Source: Promethearchaeota archaeon
GTDB taxonomy: Archaea; Asgardarchaeota; Lokiarchaeia; Sigyniarchaeales; SOKP01
DNA length: 64,000 bases
Direction: 5' to 3'
Assembly (NCBI GenBank): GCA_019058425.1
Contig: JAHPYZ010000010.1
Coordinates: 18,874-82,873 of the forward strand
Made by a program: the position numbers and the translations under genes. Under the pieces are notes generated by a model. That model saw nothing but the letters and a program-made list of their open reading frames with translations, did not search any database and had not been told where the DNA came from. Positions within the stretch are counted from its first letter, which is position 1. Each line of letters starts with the position of its first letter. Of this stretch, positions 10,627 to 21,740 are shown piece after piece.

Positions 10627-13587
10627 TTGAAATTGATCGAATCAGAACTTTATCAAACTGAAAATTTATTTAAGGAATTTTTCGAAAATATTAGTAGCGG
10701 AGTAGCAATTTACGAAACCACTGATAATGGTGAAAATTTCAAAATAATGGGAATAAATAAAGCAGGTTTAGATAGTTGGCGAGTCAAGAGAGAAGATGCA
10801 ATCGGTAAAAATCTTGTTGATGTATTCCCTAATATTGATGAATTTGGCTTTATTGATTCATTACGTAGGGTTTGGAAGACAAGTAAATCTGAACGGACTC
10901 CAATTACAATGTACCAAGATGAAAGAGTCTATGGTTGGACAGAGATATATATATATAAATTGCCTTCTGAGAGAGTTGTAGCAATTTTCGAAATCCAAAC
11001 AAAACTTATTGAAGCACAAGAAAACTTCAGAAAAAAAGTTGAATTTGAGAAGACAGTTTCTACTATTTCTTCGCAATTTGTCAATCCCGATAGTATTGAT
11101 GGAGCCATAAATTATTCGCTCAGAAAAATGGGAATTTTAAGTAATTCAAGTCGCAGTTATTTATTCATGTTTAATGAAGATAATATAACAATGAGTAATA
11201 CACACGAATGGTGTGCTGAAGGTGTTACTCCACAGATAGAAGAACTTCAAAATTTACCGATGGACATATTCCCTTGGTCAATAAGCAAGCTTAAAAATGG
11301 TGAAATTTTAGACATTAATGACGTTGAAAATCTACCTCCTGAAGCATCGTCAGAGAAGCAAGAATTCTTGAGAGAAGATAATAAGTCTTTAATTTTTCTC
11401 CCTATCATAATGGGACAAAAAACTGCTGGTTTTATTGGATTTGATAACGTAAGGTCATCAGGGAAATGGAGTGACGATGATTTAAACCTCCTTAAAATAT
11501 CTTCTGACATAATTGGGAATGCTTTAAAGCGTAAGAAAACAGAACAAGAACTAGAAGAGATAAATAAGGAATTAGAAGAAAGCTTTAAAAAAAGATCCAG
11601 AGAATTGGAAGAATCTGAGGAGAAATATCGTAAATTATTTGAAAACTCTCCTATAGCAATAATGGAACAAGATTATTCAGAGACAAAAAGTTATATTGAT
11701 CAATTACAAGCATCCGGAATAACTGATTTTGAGAAATATTTTGATGACAATCCAGAAGAAGTTTTAAAGTTAATGGCTAAGAATAAAGTAATTGATGTGA
11801 ACAGAAAAACTTTAGAGTTATATAATGCAGACAATAAAGAAGATTTAATTTTGAGAATGAACGAATTAAGCGATAGAATGGATAAAAATATCACTGATGA
11901 AATTTTATCGTACAATAAAAACGAATTTCTCTCCTTTATTAAAGGTGAAACAATTTGTGATTCGGAAATTGTGTCTAGAACCTTCACAGAAGATACAAAG
12001 TATCTATATGCCCGAACTTCAATAATGCCAACATTTGAAAGTACGTGGTCAAAAGTTATTATTACTCTTGTTGATATTACAGAAAGGAGAATAGCTGAAG
12101 AAAAATTAAAGGAATCTGAAGAGAAATTTAAAACACTTGCTGACCAATCGTTAATGGGAATATTTATTATACAAAATAATAAAACTGTTTATGCTAATAA
12201 AAAGATTGCAGATATGATGGAATATTCATATGAACAAATATTGAACATAACATTGGAAGACCAGTTAAGAAATATTCACCCTGAAGATAGAGAACTAGTA
12301 AAAGAACAAGCAATTAAAAAACAAAAAGGAGATGCAGAGGTTATCCATCAATATCAATTTCGATATTATAAAGAATCGGGGGAATTAATGTGGATTGAGG
12401 TCTATTCCAAAACGATATTGTATGGAGGTGAACCCGCTAATTTTGTGACGTTTGTAGATGTAACTGATCAAAAGAAAATTGAAGAAGCCCTACTGAAATC
12501 TGAGAGAGAAAAATCTACAATTATAGAAAGCCTTTTAGAGCATATTGTCTATCAAACTGTAGATAATATCATAATTTATGCTAATAAAGCAGCAGCTGAT
12601 TCTGTAGGTTTAAAACCAGAACAATTGGTTGGTCGTAAATGTTATCAAATCTGGAATACCCTAGATGAACCATGCGAAGGATGTCCAGTATTAAAAGCAA
12701 TAGAAACTAATAAACCCGCAATTAATGAAATGACCACTCCAGATGGGAGAGTTTGGTATGTAGGAGGGTATCCTGTTAGGGATGAAGATAATAATATCAT
12801 AGGTGTTGTTGAATCTACTCTAGAAATCACAGAAAAAAAAAATGCGGAAGAGAAGATAAAAAAATCTGAGGAGAAATATCGAAAAGCCTACTATCAGGCC
12901 AATCTCTATAGAGACATATTTGCTCATGATATTAACAATATCCTTCAGAATATTAGTTCCTCCGCTGAACTTAGCACCCTTTATCTGAATAATCCTGAGA
13001 AACTCAGCACTATTAAGGAATTATATAATATAATAGATGAGCAAGTTAATAGAGCAAAAAAGTTAATATTAAATGTAAGAAAAATTACTGAACTCGATGA
13101 ATCTGAAATTAGTTTAGAAAAAATGGATGTCAATCGGATATTGAATAATGCGATTGAATTTCTAAAATCCAGTTTTCAAACAAGAAATATTGAAATTCAA
13201 CTTAATACACCTACTAAAAGAAATTATGCCTATGCAAATAACCTATTATTAGATATTTTTGAAAATCTTTTGATCAATGCTGTCAGACATAACAATAAAG
13301 CTAAAATTGAGATTATTATTGAAATTAATAAAGAAGAAAAAGAAGATAAAAAATATCTTAAAATGGAATTTAAAGATAATGGAGTTGGTATTTCTGATTA
13401 TCGTAAAAAAAGTATTTTTGAAAGAGGAAAACAAAATTCCCATGAAAGTAAAGGAATGGGTCTTGGATTATCTCTTGTGAAAAAAATTATAGATATTTAT
13501 CATGGTGATATTTGGGTTGAGAACAGAGTTAAGGGAGATTACAAACAAGGAAGCAATTTTGTAGTTTTAATCCCTACTCATTCTTAA
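10627..13587 (+). CDS. multi-sensor PAS/GAF histidine kinase
   Basis: Several PAS-like modules are separated by coiled-coil linkers (the SEEKYRK linker occurs twice). H-box FAHDINNILQNI, N-box LLINAVRHN, G1 DNGVGI, G2 GMGLGLSL. TTG start. Confidence 0.85.
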   Translation: MKLIESELYQTENLFKEFFENISSGVAIYETTDNGENFKIMGINKAGLDSWRVKREDAIGKNLVDVFPNIDEFGFIDSLRRVWKTSKSERTPITMYQDERVYGWTEIYIYKLPSERVVAIFEIQTKLIEAQENFRKKVEFEKTVSTISSQFVNPDSIDGAINYSLRKMGILSNSSRSYLFMFNEDNITMSNTHEWCAEGVTPQIEELQNLPMDIFPWSISKLKNGEILDINDVENLPPEASSEKQEFLREDNKSLIFLPIIMGQKTAGFIGFDNVRSSGKWSDDDLNLLKISSDIIGNALKRKKTEQELEEINKELEESFKKRSRELEESEEKYRKLFENSPIAIMEQDYSETKSYIDQLQASGITDFEKYFDDNPEEVLKLMAKNKVIDVNRKTLELYNADNKEDLILRMNELSDRMDKNITDEILSYNKNEFLSFIKGETICDSEIVSRTFTEDTKYLYARTSIMPTFESTWSKVIITLVDITERRIAEEKLKESEEKFKTLADQSLMGIFIIQNNKTVYANKKIADMMEYSYEQILNITLEDQLRNIHPEDRELVKEQAIKKQKGDAEVIHQYQFRYYKESGELMWIEVYSKTILYGGEPANFVTFVDVTDQKKIEEALLKSEREKSTIIESLLEHIVYQTVDNIIIYANKAAADSVGLKPEQLVGRKCYQIWNTLDEPCEGCPVLKAIETNKPAINEMTTPDGRVWYVGGYPVRDEDNNIIGVVESTLEITEKKNAEEKIKKSEEKYRKAYYQANLYRDIFAHDINNILQNISSSAELSTLYLNNPEKLSTIKELYNIIDEQVNRAKKLILNVRKITELDESEISLEKMDVNRILNNAIEFLKSSFQTRNIEIQLNTPTKRNYAYANNLLLDIFENLLINAVRHNNKAKIEIIIEINKEEKEDKKYLKMEFKDNGVGISDYRKKSIFERGKQNSHESKGMGLGLSLVKKIIDIYHGDIWVENRVKGDYKQGSNFVVLIPTHS

Positions 13588-13693
13588 TTTTGAAAGAAAA
13601 TTTTCTTTGAGATCTATCTTTATCAATTCAAGTAGTATTTTTCTTTAAATTATTAATAAAAACTTTAAAAGCAATATAAATGAAAATGAAATT

Positions 13694-15217
13694 ATGGAAT
13701 CTTATGACTTAGTTGTTATTGGGAGTGGAGTAGGATTAAGTGTTTTAAATACTGGACTTCAATTAGGTTTGAATTGTGCTATTGTCGAAGATACAAAAAT
13801 GGGAGGTACATGTTTAACTCGTGGTTGTATTCCTTCGAAAGTTTTAGTTCATCCCGCTGATTTAATCCGGGAATCTCAACATGCTAAAAACGTTGGAATT
13901 ACATTTAACATAGAGAAAATTGATTGGGATTTAATTGCACAAAGAATGTGGTCTCAAATCGATGAAAGCAAAATGATGGATAAAGGATTATCAACAGTAC
14001 CCAATCTGAAAGTGTATAAGGGGATTGGAGAGTTTGTTGGAGAATATGAGATGAAAGTGAGAGATACTACAAATCATAAAGAATTAGGGCATTTTAAAGC
14101 TGAACGATTTGTAATTGCCTCAGGAGCAAGATCTTTTATACCACCAATCCATGGAATTGAAGATTTAGACTATATTACTAATGAAAACTTTTTTGGTAAT
14201 AGATTTCCAAAGAAACCATGGAACAGTCTTATAATAATTGGCGGAGGAGTAATAGCAGCTGAATTTGCCCATATTTTCTCAGCAATGGGTACTGATGTAA
14301 CCATTGTGGAGATGCTTCCTCGATTAGTTGTTACGGAAGAACCTGAGGTTAGTAAATTACTACAAAAAAGCTTCAGTAAACATATGACGGTTTTATTGAA
14401 TGAGAAGGCAGTTAAAGCATATGAGAAGAAAAAACAAAATACTGTATTGATTAAAAATATGGAGACTGGTAAAGAAAGGGAAATAATAGCAGAGGAAATT
14501 CTTATTGCAGCAGGAAGGCGTTCAAATGCAGATATTTTAAAAGTAGAAAATACCGGAGTAGAAATGGATAAAAGAGGTTGGATTATAACAAATCAATACT
14601 TAGAAACCAATAGAAAAAATATCTGGTGTATAGGTGATGCAAATGGGCTGTATCAATTTAGACACAAAGCGAATTATGAAGCAGAAATTTGTACAAATAA
14701 TATATTTGGTCCCGAAGACCAAAAAAGAACAGTCGATTATTCTGCGGTTCCATGGGCGATCTTCTCATATCCTCAAATAGGACATGTTGGAATGACGCAA
14801 GCAGAAGCCATTGAGAATGGTTATGAAATTTTTGTAGCTATAAAGAATTATTCAACCGTAGCAAAAGGATTTGCTATGGGTTTCGAAACTGGCAACGAAG
14901 ATGATGGATTTGTGAAGCTAATTGTTGATAAATCTTATAGAATATTAGGTGCACATGTAATTGGTCCTCATGCTGCTCTTTTAGTGCAACCATTTGTGTA
15001 TTTGATGAATTCTGGCTTTACGTGTAGCCTACCAGAATATAATGATAAGAAGGACATTGCTAAAGTTGAGAGAGCTTGTCCAGAAGCAGGTTCATTTATG
15101 CCAATTTACCATTCAATGGTTATACACCCCTCTCTTAATGAAGTAACTGGGTGGGCCATAGGTAATCTGAAACCAGTTAATATTAAAATGGAACATCATG
15201 AGCATCATCATAGTTAA
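13694..15217 (+). CDS. class I pyridine nucleotide-disulfide oxidoreductase (paralogue of 1082..2629)
   Basis: GSGVG dinucleotide fold, GGTCLTRGCIPSK redox disulfide, GGGVIAAEFA, and C-terminal HPSLNE. The tail is unusually His-rich (MEHHEHHHS). Confidence 0.75.
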   Translation: MESYDLVVIGSGVGLSVLNTGLQLGLNCAIVEDTKMGGTCLTRGCIPSKVLVHPADLIRESQHAKNVGITFNIEKIDWDLIAQRMWSQIDESKMMDKGLSTVPNLKVYKGIGEFVGEYEMKVRDTTNHKELGHFKAERFVIASGARSFIPPIHGIEDLDYITNENFFGNRFPKKPWNSLIIIGGGVIAAEFAHIFSAMGTDVTIVEMLPRLVVTEEPEVSKLLQKSFSKHMTVLLNEKAVKAYEKKKQNTVLIKNMETGKEREIIAEEILIAAGRRSNADILKVENTGVEMDKRGWIITNQYLETNRKNIWCIGDANGLYQFRHKANYEAEICTNNIFGPEDQKRTVDYSAVPWAIFSYPQIGHVGMTQAEAIENGYEIFVAIKNYSTVAKGFAMGFETGNEDDGFVKLIVDKSYRILGAHVIGPHAALLVQPFVYLMNSGFTCSLPEYNDKKDIAKVERACPEAGSFMPIYHSMVIHPSLNEVTGWAIGNLKPVNIKMEHHEHHHS

Positions 15218-15231
15218 TTCCAAAATAAGAA

Positions 15232-15240
15232 TTTTTTTTT
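15232..15240 (+). terminator. oligo-T termination signal
   Basis: T9 run 15 nt after the stop codon. Confidence 0.4.
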
Positions 15241-15323
15241 GATTTTATGTATTTCTTCTCCATACTAATTTTAATAAATAGAACCATCAACTATTTAGAT
15301 TCCAAATCCAATATTAAGATTAG

Positions 15324-17279
15324 ATGGTAATAAAAAACAATCATTCTGAAAGAGATAATAAAATTGGACAAATTTTTACTCCAAGTTATATTGCTGAATT
15401 TATGGTTAAAAACATTATAAGTTTTGTGACAAAATCAAGAAAAGAACATTCTAATTTAAGAATCCTAGAACCTTCAGTGGGAGAAGGAATTTTTTTAAAA
15501 TATCTCTTAAAATATAACTTTTCTGATATAATTGCTTATGAGATGGATGATAATTTAATAGATACACTTTTGAATTCTTATCCCAATGTACACTTTAAAT
15601 TTGAAAACTTTTTAGGTTCAGATAAAAGTGAAAAATTTGATATAATAATTGGAAATCCTCCTTATTTAGGACAGAATTATAATGCTGAAACTTTTCAAGA
15701 ATATTGTAAGAAATATCCTATTTGTGAGAAATTTTTTGTGGGTAATATGGATCTCTTCTACTATTTCATTCATTTAGGAATAGAAAAATTAAATCCTGGT
15801 GGATTTCTATCCTTTATTACAACTAATTATTGGGTTACAAAATCGAAAAAAACTGGAATTAGATTGTTAAAACCACATGTATTAAGTGAGTGTTTTTTAC
15901 TTCAATATATTGATCTATCTCATCTTCAGCCATTTGAAAGTGCTAAAGGTCAACATAATTGTATTTTTGTTTTACAAAAAAAAACTAAACTAGAGAAACA
16001 AGAAAGGGAAAATAAAGATATTGAAGTAATTCAAATTTTGGAAAATAATGAGATTGACAAAAAATTTTATTTATTAAATAATGTAGATTTAAAAGAATTG
16101 AATTCTGGAAAGAATCTAAGATCTATAAAGAAATATACTTCAACAATCACTAATAATGATTTAAAAAAGGATGAAAGCTGGAATCTTACATACCCCAATG
16201 AGGTAAAATATGTAGTTGATAAAATTGAAAGCTTTTGCTGGGTTAATGGAAAAACCTCATTTTTACAAGATTATTTCTTAATAAGAAATGGGTTAATTCT
16301 TATAAAAGATTCAATTTTCATATTGAAGGAAGGTATAAATTTAAGAATTAAGAAGGAAGATTTCTATATTCGTATAAATGGAGAATTTTTAAAACTCTCT
16401 AAAACTGAGAAATCAAGACTAAAAAAACTATATAAAAGCAAATCAATAAAAGCATACGGGTACGATCAAGATGATTACATAGGATATGTGATTTATTTTA
16501 ACAAAAATGAATTTTGTTCAAAATCTATTCTTGACCGAAACCAACTACTTGAGAATAAGTACCCTGTTCTTTCAAAATATATTAGACAATATGAAAAACA
16601 ATTAAAAGATATTTTAATTAATGCCAAAGAAAACCCAGATAATTTTTATTTTCCTCGAAGAGGCTCTTATATTCACCAATTTGAAGGAAAGGATAAAGAG
16701 AAATTAAAAGATCTTGAGCTTTCGTATGATAACACTGATAAGATATTCTTTAAATTTATATCAAAAGAGAATAGATTTGGATATACAAAATCCACCTATT
16801 ATGCTACTTCAGATACTTATTTCCTATGGCAAAAATATCCCGATGAAGAAATTGATTATTTGTTTATCCTTGCTTATTTAAATTCCAAATTAGTAACTTT
16901 CCTTTTTCATGCAAAAAACATTTCTATAAAAAGAAGTAAGACAAAACTTGAACAGGGGTTACCGATACCTCACCTTATAAATTTCATAGATAAAGAGAAA
17001 AAAGAAATAATAGAATTAATTAAATTCCTTTCTTCATACTTAATTGAGATTAATAATAATACGTATAACATTGAGAATGGAATCATTATTAAAAAAATTC
17101 AGAATATTAAATATTTTTCCTATTATAAAAATATCAAATTAAAACAAAGACTCATTAGATCCTTAGAGAATTATAATTTAGATAACATTAACGATACTTT
17201 AGATCAACTGTTTTTTCAACTTTTTAATTTAGATGGAATTATGATTAATAAATTATTAAATCAATATTATGGTCTTTAA
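15324..17279 (+). CDS. N6-adenine DNA methyltransferase (gamma class, Eco57I/TaqI-like)
   Basis: Motif I LEPSVGEGIF precedes motif IV IIGNPPYLG, followed by a long C-terminal putative target-recognition region. There is no N-terminal nuclease domain and no adjacent endonuclease gene. Confidence 0.8.
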   Translation: MVIKNNHSERDNKIGQIFTPSYIAEFMVKNIISFVTKSRKEHSNLRILEPSVGEGIFLKYLLKYNFSDIIAYEMDDNLIDTLLNSYPNVHFKFENFLGSDKSEKFDIIIGNPPYLGQNYNAETFQEYCKKYPICEKFFVGNMDLFYYFIHLGIEKLNPGGFLSFITTNYWVTKSKKTGIRLLKPHVLSECFLLQYIDLSHLQPFESAKGQHNCIFVLQKKTKLEKQERENKDIEVIQILENNEIDKKFYLLNNVDLKELNSGKNLRSIKKYTSTITNNDLKKDESWNLTYPNEVKYVVDKIESFCWVNGKTSFLQDYFLIRNGLILIKDSIFILKEGINLRIKKEDFYIRINGEFLKLSKTEKSRLKKLYKSKSIKAYGYDQDDYIGYVIYFNKNEFCSKSILDRNQLLENKYPVLSKYIRQYEKQLKDILINAKENPDNFYFPRRGSYIHQFEGKDKEKLKDLELSYDNTDKIFFKFISKENRFGYTKSTYYATSDTYFLWQKYPDEEIDYLFILAYLNSKLVTFLFHAKNISIKRSKTKLEQGLPIPHLINFIDKEKKEIIELIKFLSSYLIEINNNTYNIENGIIIKKIQNIKYFSYYKNIKLKQRLIRSLENYNLDNINDTLDQLFFQLFNLDGIMINKLLNQYYGL

Positions 17280-17371
17280 TTAAACTTGTATCTTTGGTGT
17301 TTCTTCTTTATTTTTCAAAATCGATAAGTTTTTATAGTTATTATAGTATATTTTATATGTAAGAAATAGTT

Positions 17372-17388
17372 GTCAATTCATAATTGAC
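17372..17388. promoter_or_regulatory. perfect 7-bp inverted repeat (GTCAATT-cat-AATTGAC), candidate operator
   Basis: The palindrome sits between a TATA-like ttttatatg (17351-17359) and the hsp20-like start codon at 17412. Confidence 0.3.
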
Positions 17389-17411
17389 GTTTTTAAAAGT
17401 CTAGGTGATTA

Positions 17412-18020
17412 ATGATTAGAGATGAATTTGATGATATTATTGATAAAATAAAAGATTATTTTAAATTAGATTCTGAGAAATTTGATGTAGACTTTCTATT
17501 TATTCCAGAATCGGAAAAAAATTCATATTTAAACCCTGAAGATAAGGAAATAAAAGGATTTAAAATATCATATCATTTTGAAACAGGAATGGAAAAACCT
17601 GAGATTCGAATTGAAGGAAATATTGATGAAAAGAAAATTCAAGAGTATTTAGAGGGTATTGATATATCTCAACATCCTCATCTAAAAAAACTCCTTGAGT
17701 CAAAAAATATTGAGGAAATTGATGCTAGTAAGCTTTCTTTAGAAGCAGATGAGCGTGCCGAGGATCTGTCCATAATCGAGCCACATACAGAAATAAATGA
17801 TTCTAAAAACTTTACTGAGATTGTTCTTGAAATTCCTGGAATAAGTAAAGAAGATGTTATAATAGAATTTAGTGAAGGAGGAAGTAAATTAATTTTTAAT
17901 GCTGAGAATGAAACTCGAAAATATATAAAAAATGTTTATCTTCCTTACGCAACATCAGCTAAAAACTATGATTTAGAAGTAAAGAATGGATTAGCAATTA
18001 TTTTAGTAAAGAAATCATAA
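17412..18020 (+). CDS. Hsp20/alpha-crystallin domain protein
   Basis: The C-terminal ~90 aa (TEIVLEIPGISKEDVIIEF...YIKNVYLPY...LEVKNGLAIILVKK) follows the alpha-crystallin beta-sandwich pattern. Confidence 0.55.
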   Translation: MIRDEFDDIIDKIKDYFKLDSEKFDVDFLFIPESEKNSYLNPEDKEIKGFKISYHFETGMEKPEIRIEGNIDEKKIQEYLEGIDISQHPHLKKLLESKNIEEIDASKLSLEADERAEDLSIIEPHTEINDSKNFTEIVLEIPGISKEDVIIEFSEGGSKLIFNAENETRKYIKNVYLPYATSAKNYDLEVKNGLAIILVKKS

Positions 18021-18091
18021 AGAGATTTTTTTTTAAATGAAAAAATATAATTCTTTAATTTATCGAAAAACTAAAAAAAAGTGTTAAAAAT

Positions 18092-20317
18092 ATGAGTGGC
18101 ATAACAAGGGAGTTAAATGGAAAAGGAATAAAAGTAAGGATAAAGGATGCTTATAAGGGAGATGCAGGGAGAGGACGGATAAGAATAGATCCCGAAGTAA
18201 TTGATAATCTCAACCTTAGAACTGGAGATGTTATTGAGATTTCTCATAATATAGCAGGTAAGAAAACTGCCGCTTTATTATTTCCAGGAAAACTAGAAGA
18301 TAAGGGTACAAACACAATCAGAATAGATTCTTCATTAAGAAGGAATATTGGCGCTTCATTGGATGATTTAGTAGAAATTCGAAAAATAGATGCTAGTCTA
18401 GCCGATAGAATTACATTTGCTGGCTTAGAAGAGTCAGTAATTCTAAGGAGATCTGAACAATTGGTGAGAATGTTAGAAAATCGTGTTATTACTAAAGGTG
18501 ATATTCTTAGTTTTAATGCTATGGGCCGAAGAATTGATTTCATAGTTATTGATTATTATCCTAAGGCGCCAGCTGTTAGAATCCATTTAGATACTAGGAT
18601 TACAATCTCAGAAAAAACTCATAAAGAACTTGAGGAATTAGAGGCAAGGAGAGTCACTTATGAAGATATTGGGGGTCTAGAAGAAGAGATTCAAAAGATC
18701 CGGGAAATGATCGAATTACCGATACGACATCCCGAATTATTTAAACGAATTGGTATTGATCCTCCAAAAGGAGTCTTATTACATGGTCCTCCTGGAACAG
18801 GTAAGACTCTGTTAGCGAGAGCTGTAGCATATGAAACTGAGGCGCATTTTATAACTATTAGCGGACCTGAAATCATGAGTAAATTCTATGGACAAAGTGA
18901 AGAAAATCTTCGGAAAGTTTTTGAAGAAGCTAAAGAGATGGCACCGTCGATAATTTTTATAGATGAATTAGATTCAATAGCACCTAAAAGAGGTGAAGTC
19001 ACTGGTGAAGTTGAGAGAAGGGTTGTTGCTCAATTGCTTTCATTGTTAGACGGTTTAGAAGGGAGGGGTGAAATTATTGTAATAGGAGCAACAAATAGAG
19101 TGAATGATATTGACCCTGCACTTAGGCGTCCCGGAAGATTTGACCGAGAAATTGAGATCGGTGTTCCAGATACAGATGGTAGATATGAAATATTATTAAT
19201 CCATACTCGTGGAATGCCTTTGTATGGTGATGTTGATCTCCGTCTCATAGCTGAAAAAACTCATGGATTTGTCGGAGCAGATGTAGAAGCATTAGCAAAA
19301 GAATCTGCTATGCTTGCAATAAGAGAAATACTACCAAAAATTGATTTAGATAAACCTATTCCTCCTGAAGTTTTAGGTGATCTTCAAATCAAAATGAAAA
19401 ATTTTGAAACAGCTTTAAATAGTATTGAACCATCTGCTTTAAGAGAGGTTTTAATTAGTCAACCCACTGAAACATGGGATGATATTGGAGGTCTAGAAGA
19501 AGCGATACAACAATTAAGGGAAATTATTGAATGGCCATTAAAATATCCAGAATTATATAGACATTTGAATTCAAAACCACCAAATGGAATATTACTATTT
19601 GGACCCCCTGGAACCGGAAAAACACTTTTAGCAAAAGCCCTAGCTCATGAAAGTGAAGTAAACTTTATTTCAGTGAAAGGACCAGAGTTTCTTTCTAAAT
19701 GGGTTGGTGAAAGTGAAAAAGCAGTAAGAGAAACTTTTCGAAAGGCAAGAGCAGCAGCACCTTGTATTATATTTTTTGATGAAATTGATGCAATAGCAGG
19801 TATGAGGGGTAGATTTGCTAGTTCCCAGGTAACAGAACAAGTAGTTTCTCAGTTATTAACAGAAATGGATGGATTAGAAGGACTAAAAGATGTAATATTA
19901 CTTGCTGCGACAAATAGACCGGACATGCTCGATCCTGCTTTATTGCGTTCAGGGAGATTTGGTAGGCATGTTGATATTCCAATGCCAGATAAGGATACGC
20001 GTACTGAAATATTTAAAATTCATCTTAAAAATAAACCATTAGCGGAAGATGTAGATATTAACCAAATGGCGCAAGTTCTGGAAGGATATACTGGTGCTGA
20101 TATTCAAGCAATCTGTGAAGAAGCAACATTATTAACTGTCCGAAAGGCAGTCGTTAATACAAAAATTGACACACAGAATGCAGATTCAGTTAAAGTAGTA
20201 AAAATATCAAAAGCAGAATTTGATGATTCAATAGAAAAGGTATTAAAATCCGCTGATAAAGCTAAAATATCCCATGAGATGTATTCAAAAGAACCATCAG
20301 AAGAATTATATCGATAA
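18092..20317 (+). CDS. cdc48: CDC48/VCP-like AAA+ ATPase
   Basis: N-terminal CDC48 double-psi barrel-like region. Two AAA modules, each with GPPGTGKT Walker A, and with Walker B IIFIDELD / IIFFDEID. Second-region-of-homology arginines are present (RPGRFDR, RSGRFGR). Confidence 0.95.
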   Translation: MSGITRELNGKGIKVRIKDAYKGDAGRGRIRIDPEVIDNLNLRTGDVIEISHNIAGKKTAALLFPGKLEDKGTNTIRIDSSLRRNIGASLDDLVEIRKIDASLADRITFAGLEESVILRRSEQLVRMLENRVITKGDILSFNAMGRRIDFIVIDYYPKAPAVRIHLDTRITISEKTHKELEELEARRVTYEDIGGLEEEIQKIREMIELPIRHPELFKRIGIDPPKGVLLHGPPGTGKTLLARAVAYETEAHFITISGPEIMSKFYGQSEENLRKVFEEAKEMAPSIIFIDELDSIAPKRGEVTGEVERRVVAQLLSLLDGLEGRGEIIVIGATNRVNDIDPALRRPGRFDREIEIGVPDTDGRYEILLIHTRGMPLYGDVDLRLIAEKTHGFVGADVEALAKESAMLAIREILPKIDLDKPIPPEVLGDLQIKMKNFETALNSIEPSALREVLISQPTETWDDIGGLEEAIQQLREIIEWPLKYPELYRHLNSKPPNGILLFGPPGTGKTLLAKALAHESEVNFISVKGPEFLSKWVGESEKAVRETFRKARAAAPCIIFFDEIDAIAGMRGRFASSQVTEQVVSQLLTEMDGLEGLKDVILLAATNRPDMLDPALLRSGRFGRHVDIPMPDKDTRTEIFKIHLKNKPLAEDVDINQMAQVLEGYTGADIQAICEEATLLTVRKAVVNTKIDTQNADSVKVVKISKAEFDDSIEKVLKSADKAKISHEMYSKEPSEELYR

Positions 20318-20348
20318 AAAATATAAAAAAAATATAGGAGTGATTAAA

Positions 20349-21134
20349 ATGGAATTAGAGGAGCAAGAAGGAGGAGATGTTTTTCTTAGTATTGATAACT
20401 TACTTGAAATATTAGGAAACCCTACAAGAAGAATGATTCTCTCAAAGTTAGCAAAAGTTCCATTAGGAGCTTCGGAATTGGCAGCCTCATTTGGGAGAAA
20501 GATATCACGACAAGCGATTCATAGCCAACTTAAAATGCTTACTGAATCTGGGATACTTGATAGTCTTGGTGAAGATCCAAGAAGTATAAAATATCGAATT
20601 AGTAGTAATCTATCTTTGAGAATAGATATCACTCCAGATTATTTTAATATTAATTACAATATCGCTAAAATTAATAATACTCGAGATAATTTAGAACTTA
20701 AGGATACGGGATACCATATAGATTATCAAAAACTAAGAGGTCCTGACAAAAAACTAAGATTTTTAGGAGAAAAAATTAAGGAAATTGAACAAAAAATCAG
20801 TATTTTGGAACAGCAGAGAAATGTATTATTACATAATAAAGAATGTTTTATCATAGAATTAAAAAACATAATCAAAAACCAATATGAAGATGACCTTAAG
20901 ACAAAAGAGCAACCCAATTTAGAGAAAGAAATCTTTTATACACTTTTCTATAACACCACAAAATATTTCAAAAGAATAAATATAGATAATTTACTTGATG
21001 ATATGTTCTTTTCAGAAATGGGACCGATTAGAAGAGATCAACATAAAGTATCAATTAGGCATCTACTCAGAGATTTGTCAAATTTAATGGGTGTCTTTCG
21101 TGAAGATGAGGATGATTGGTTTTTCGACATTTAA
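20349..21134 (+). CDS. ArsR-like winged-helix transcriptional regulator with coiled-coil C-terminal region
   Basis: LEILGNPTRRMILSKLAKVPLGASELAASFGRKISRQAIHSQLKMLTESGIL matches the ArsR wHTH pattern. The ATG at 20349 has an upstream ggag. The longer ORF from 20274 overlaps cdc48. Confidence 0.6.
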   Translation: MELEEQEGGDVFLSIDNLLEILGNPTRRMILSKLAKVPLGASELAASFGRKISRQAIHSQLKMLTESGILDSLGEDPRSIKYRISSNLSLRIDITPDYFNINYNIAKINNTRDNLELKDTGYHIDYQKLRGPDKKLRFLGEKIKEIEQKISILEQQRNVLLHNKECFIIELKNIIKNQYEDDLKTKEQPNLEKEIFYTLFYNTTKYFKRINIDNLLDDMFFSEMGPIRRDQHKVSIRHLLRDLSNLMGVFREDEDDWFFDI

Positions 21135-21178
21135 TAAAGTTTTTATTAATTTAGTTATCTGCCTTTAAATATTGAATC

Positions 21179-21679
21179 ATGAATCTCCAAGATTTAAAAA
21201 AACAAATGCCCACTATATTTAAACAAGTTAAGAATGATGTGAAAAAGGTATATGGGCGTCATCGGGCCGGATTAAGTCTTGGATTGGTGGAAATGGGTAT
21301 ATATAAAGGAGGATTTATAGGTGGAATGCATTTTGCTCCAGGAACGGATATTGTAATGAATAAGACTCCCCTTAAGATCATTTTAAAAGAACAACCTTAT
21401 AAAATTGTTTGGGCTTATACATATCACATTCTTCTACATGAATATATTCATTCTTTAGGGATACTAGATGAACAACAATGCAGAACTATTACTCTTAGGA
21501 TAAGTGAAAAAATTTTCAAGGAAAATAATCACCCCGCGATCATTCTCGCAAGAAGAGGGATTGCAGCTTATTTTCCAAATTTACCATTAATCTATGCTCC
21601 ACCAGATCTCAGACCTGATGGTATGCCGATTGAATATATATTTAATTTTGATAAAGAAAGTTATGATTATATCTCTTAG
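21179..21679 (+). CDS. hypothetical protein with HExxH motif (putative Zn metallopeptidase)
   Basis: The single motif HILLHEYIHSLG is the only support. Confidence 0.4.
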   Translation: MNLQDLKKQMPTIFKQVKNDVKKVYGRHRAGLSLGLVEMGIYKGGFIGGMHFAPGTDIVMNKTPLKIILKEQPYKIVWAYTYHILLHEYIHSLGILDEQQCRTITLRISEKIFKENNHPAIILARRGIAAYFPNLPLIYAPPDLRPDGMPIEYIFNFDKESYDYIS

Positions 21680-21740
21680 CTGAATAGACCGAATTATCTA
21701 AACTATTAAATTTATTTCCAATTTATTGAAAAAACTGCTT

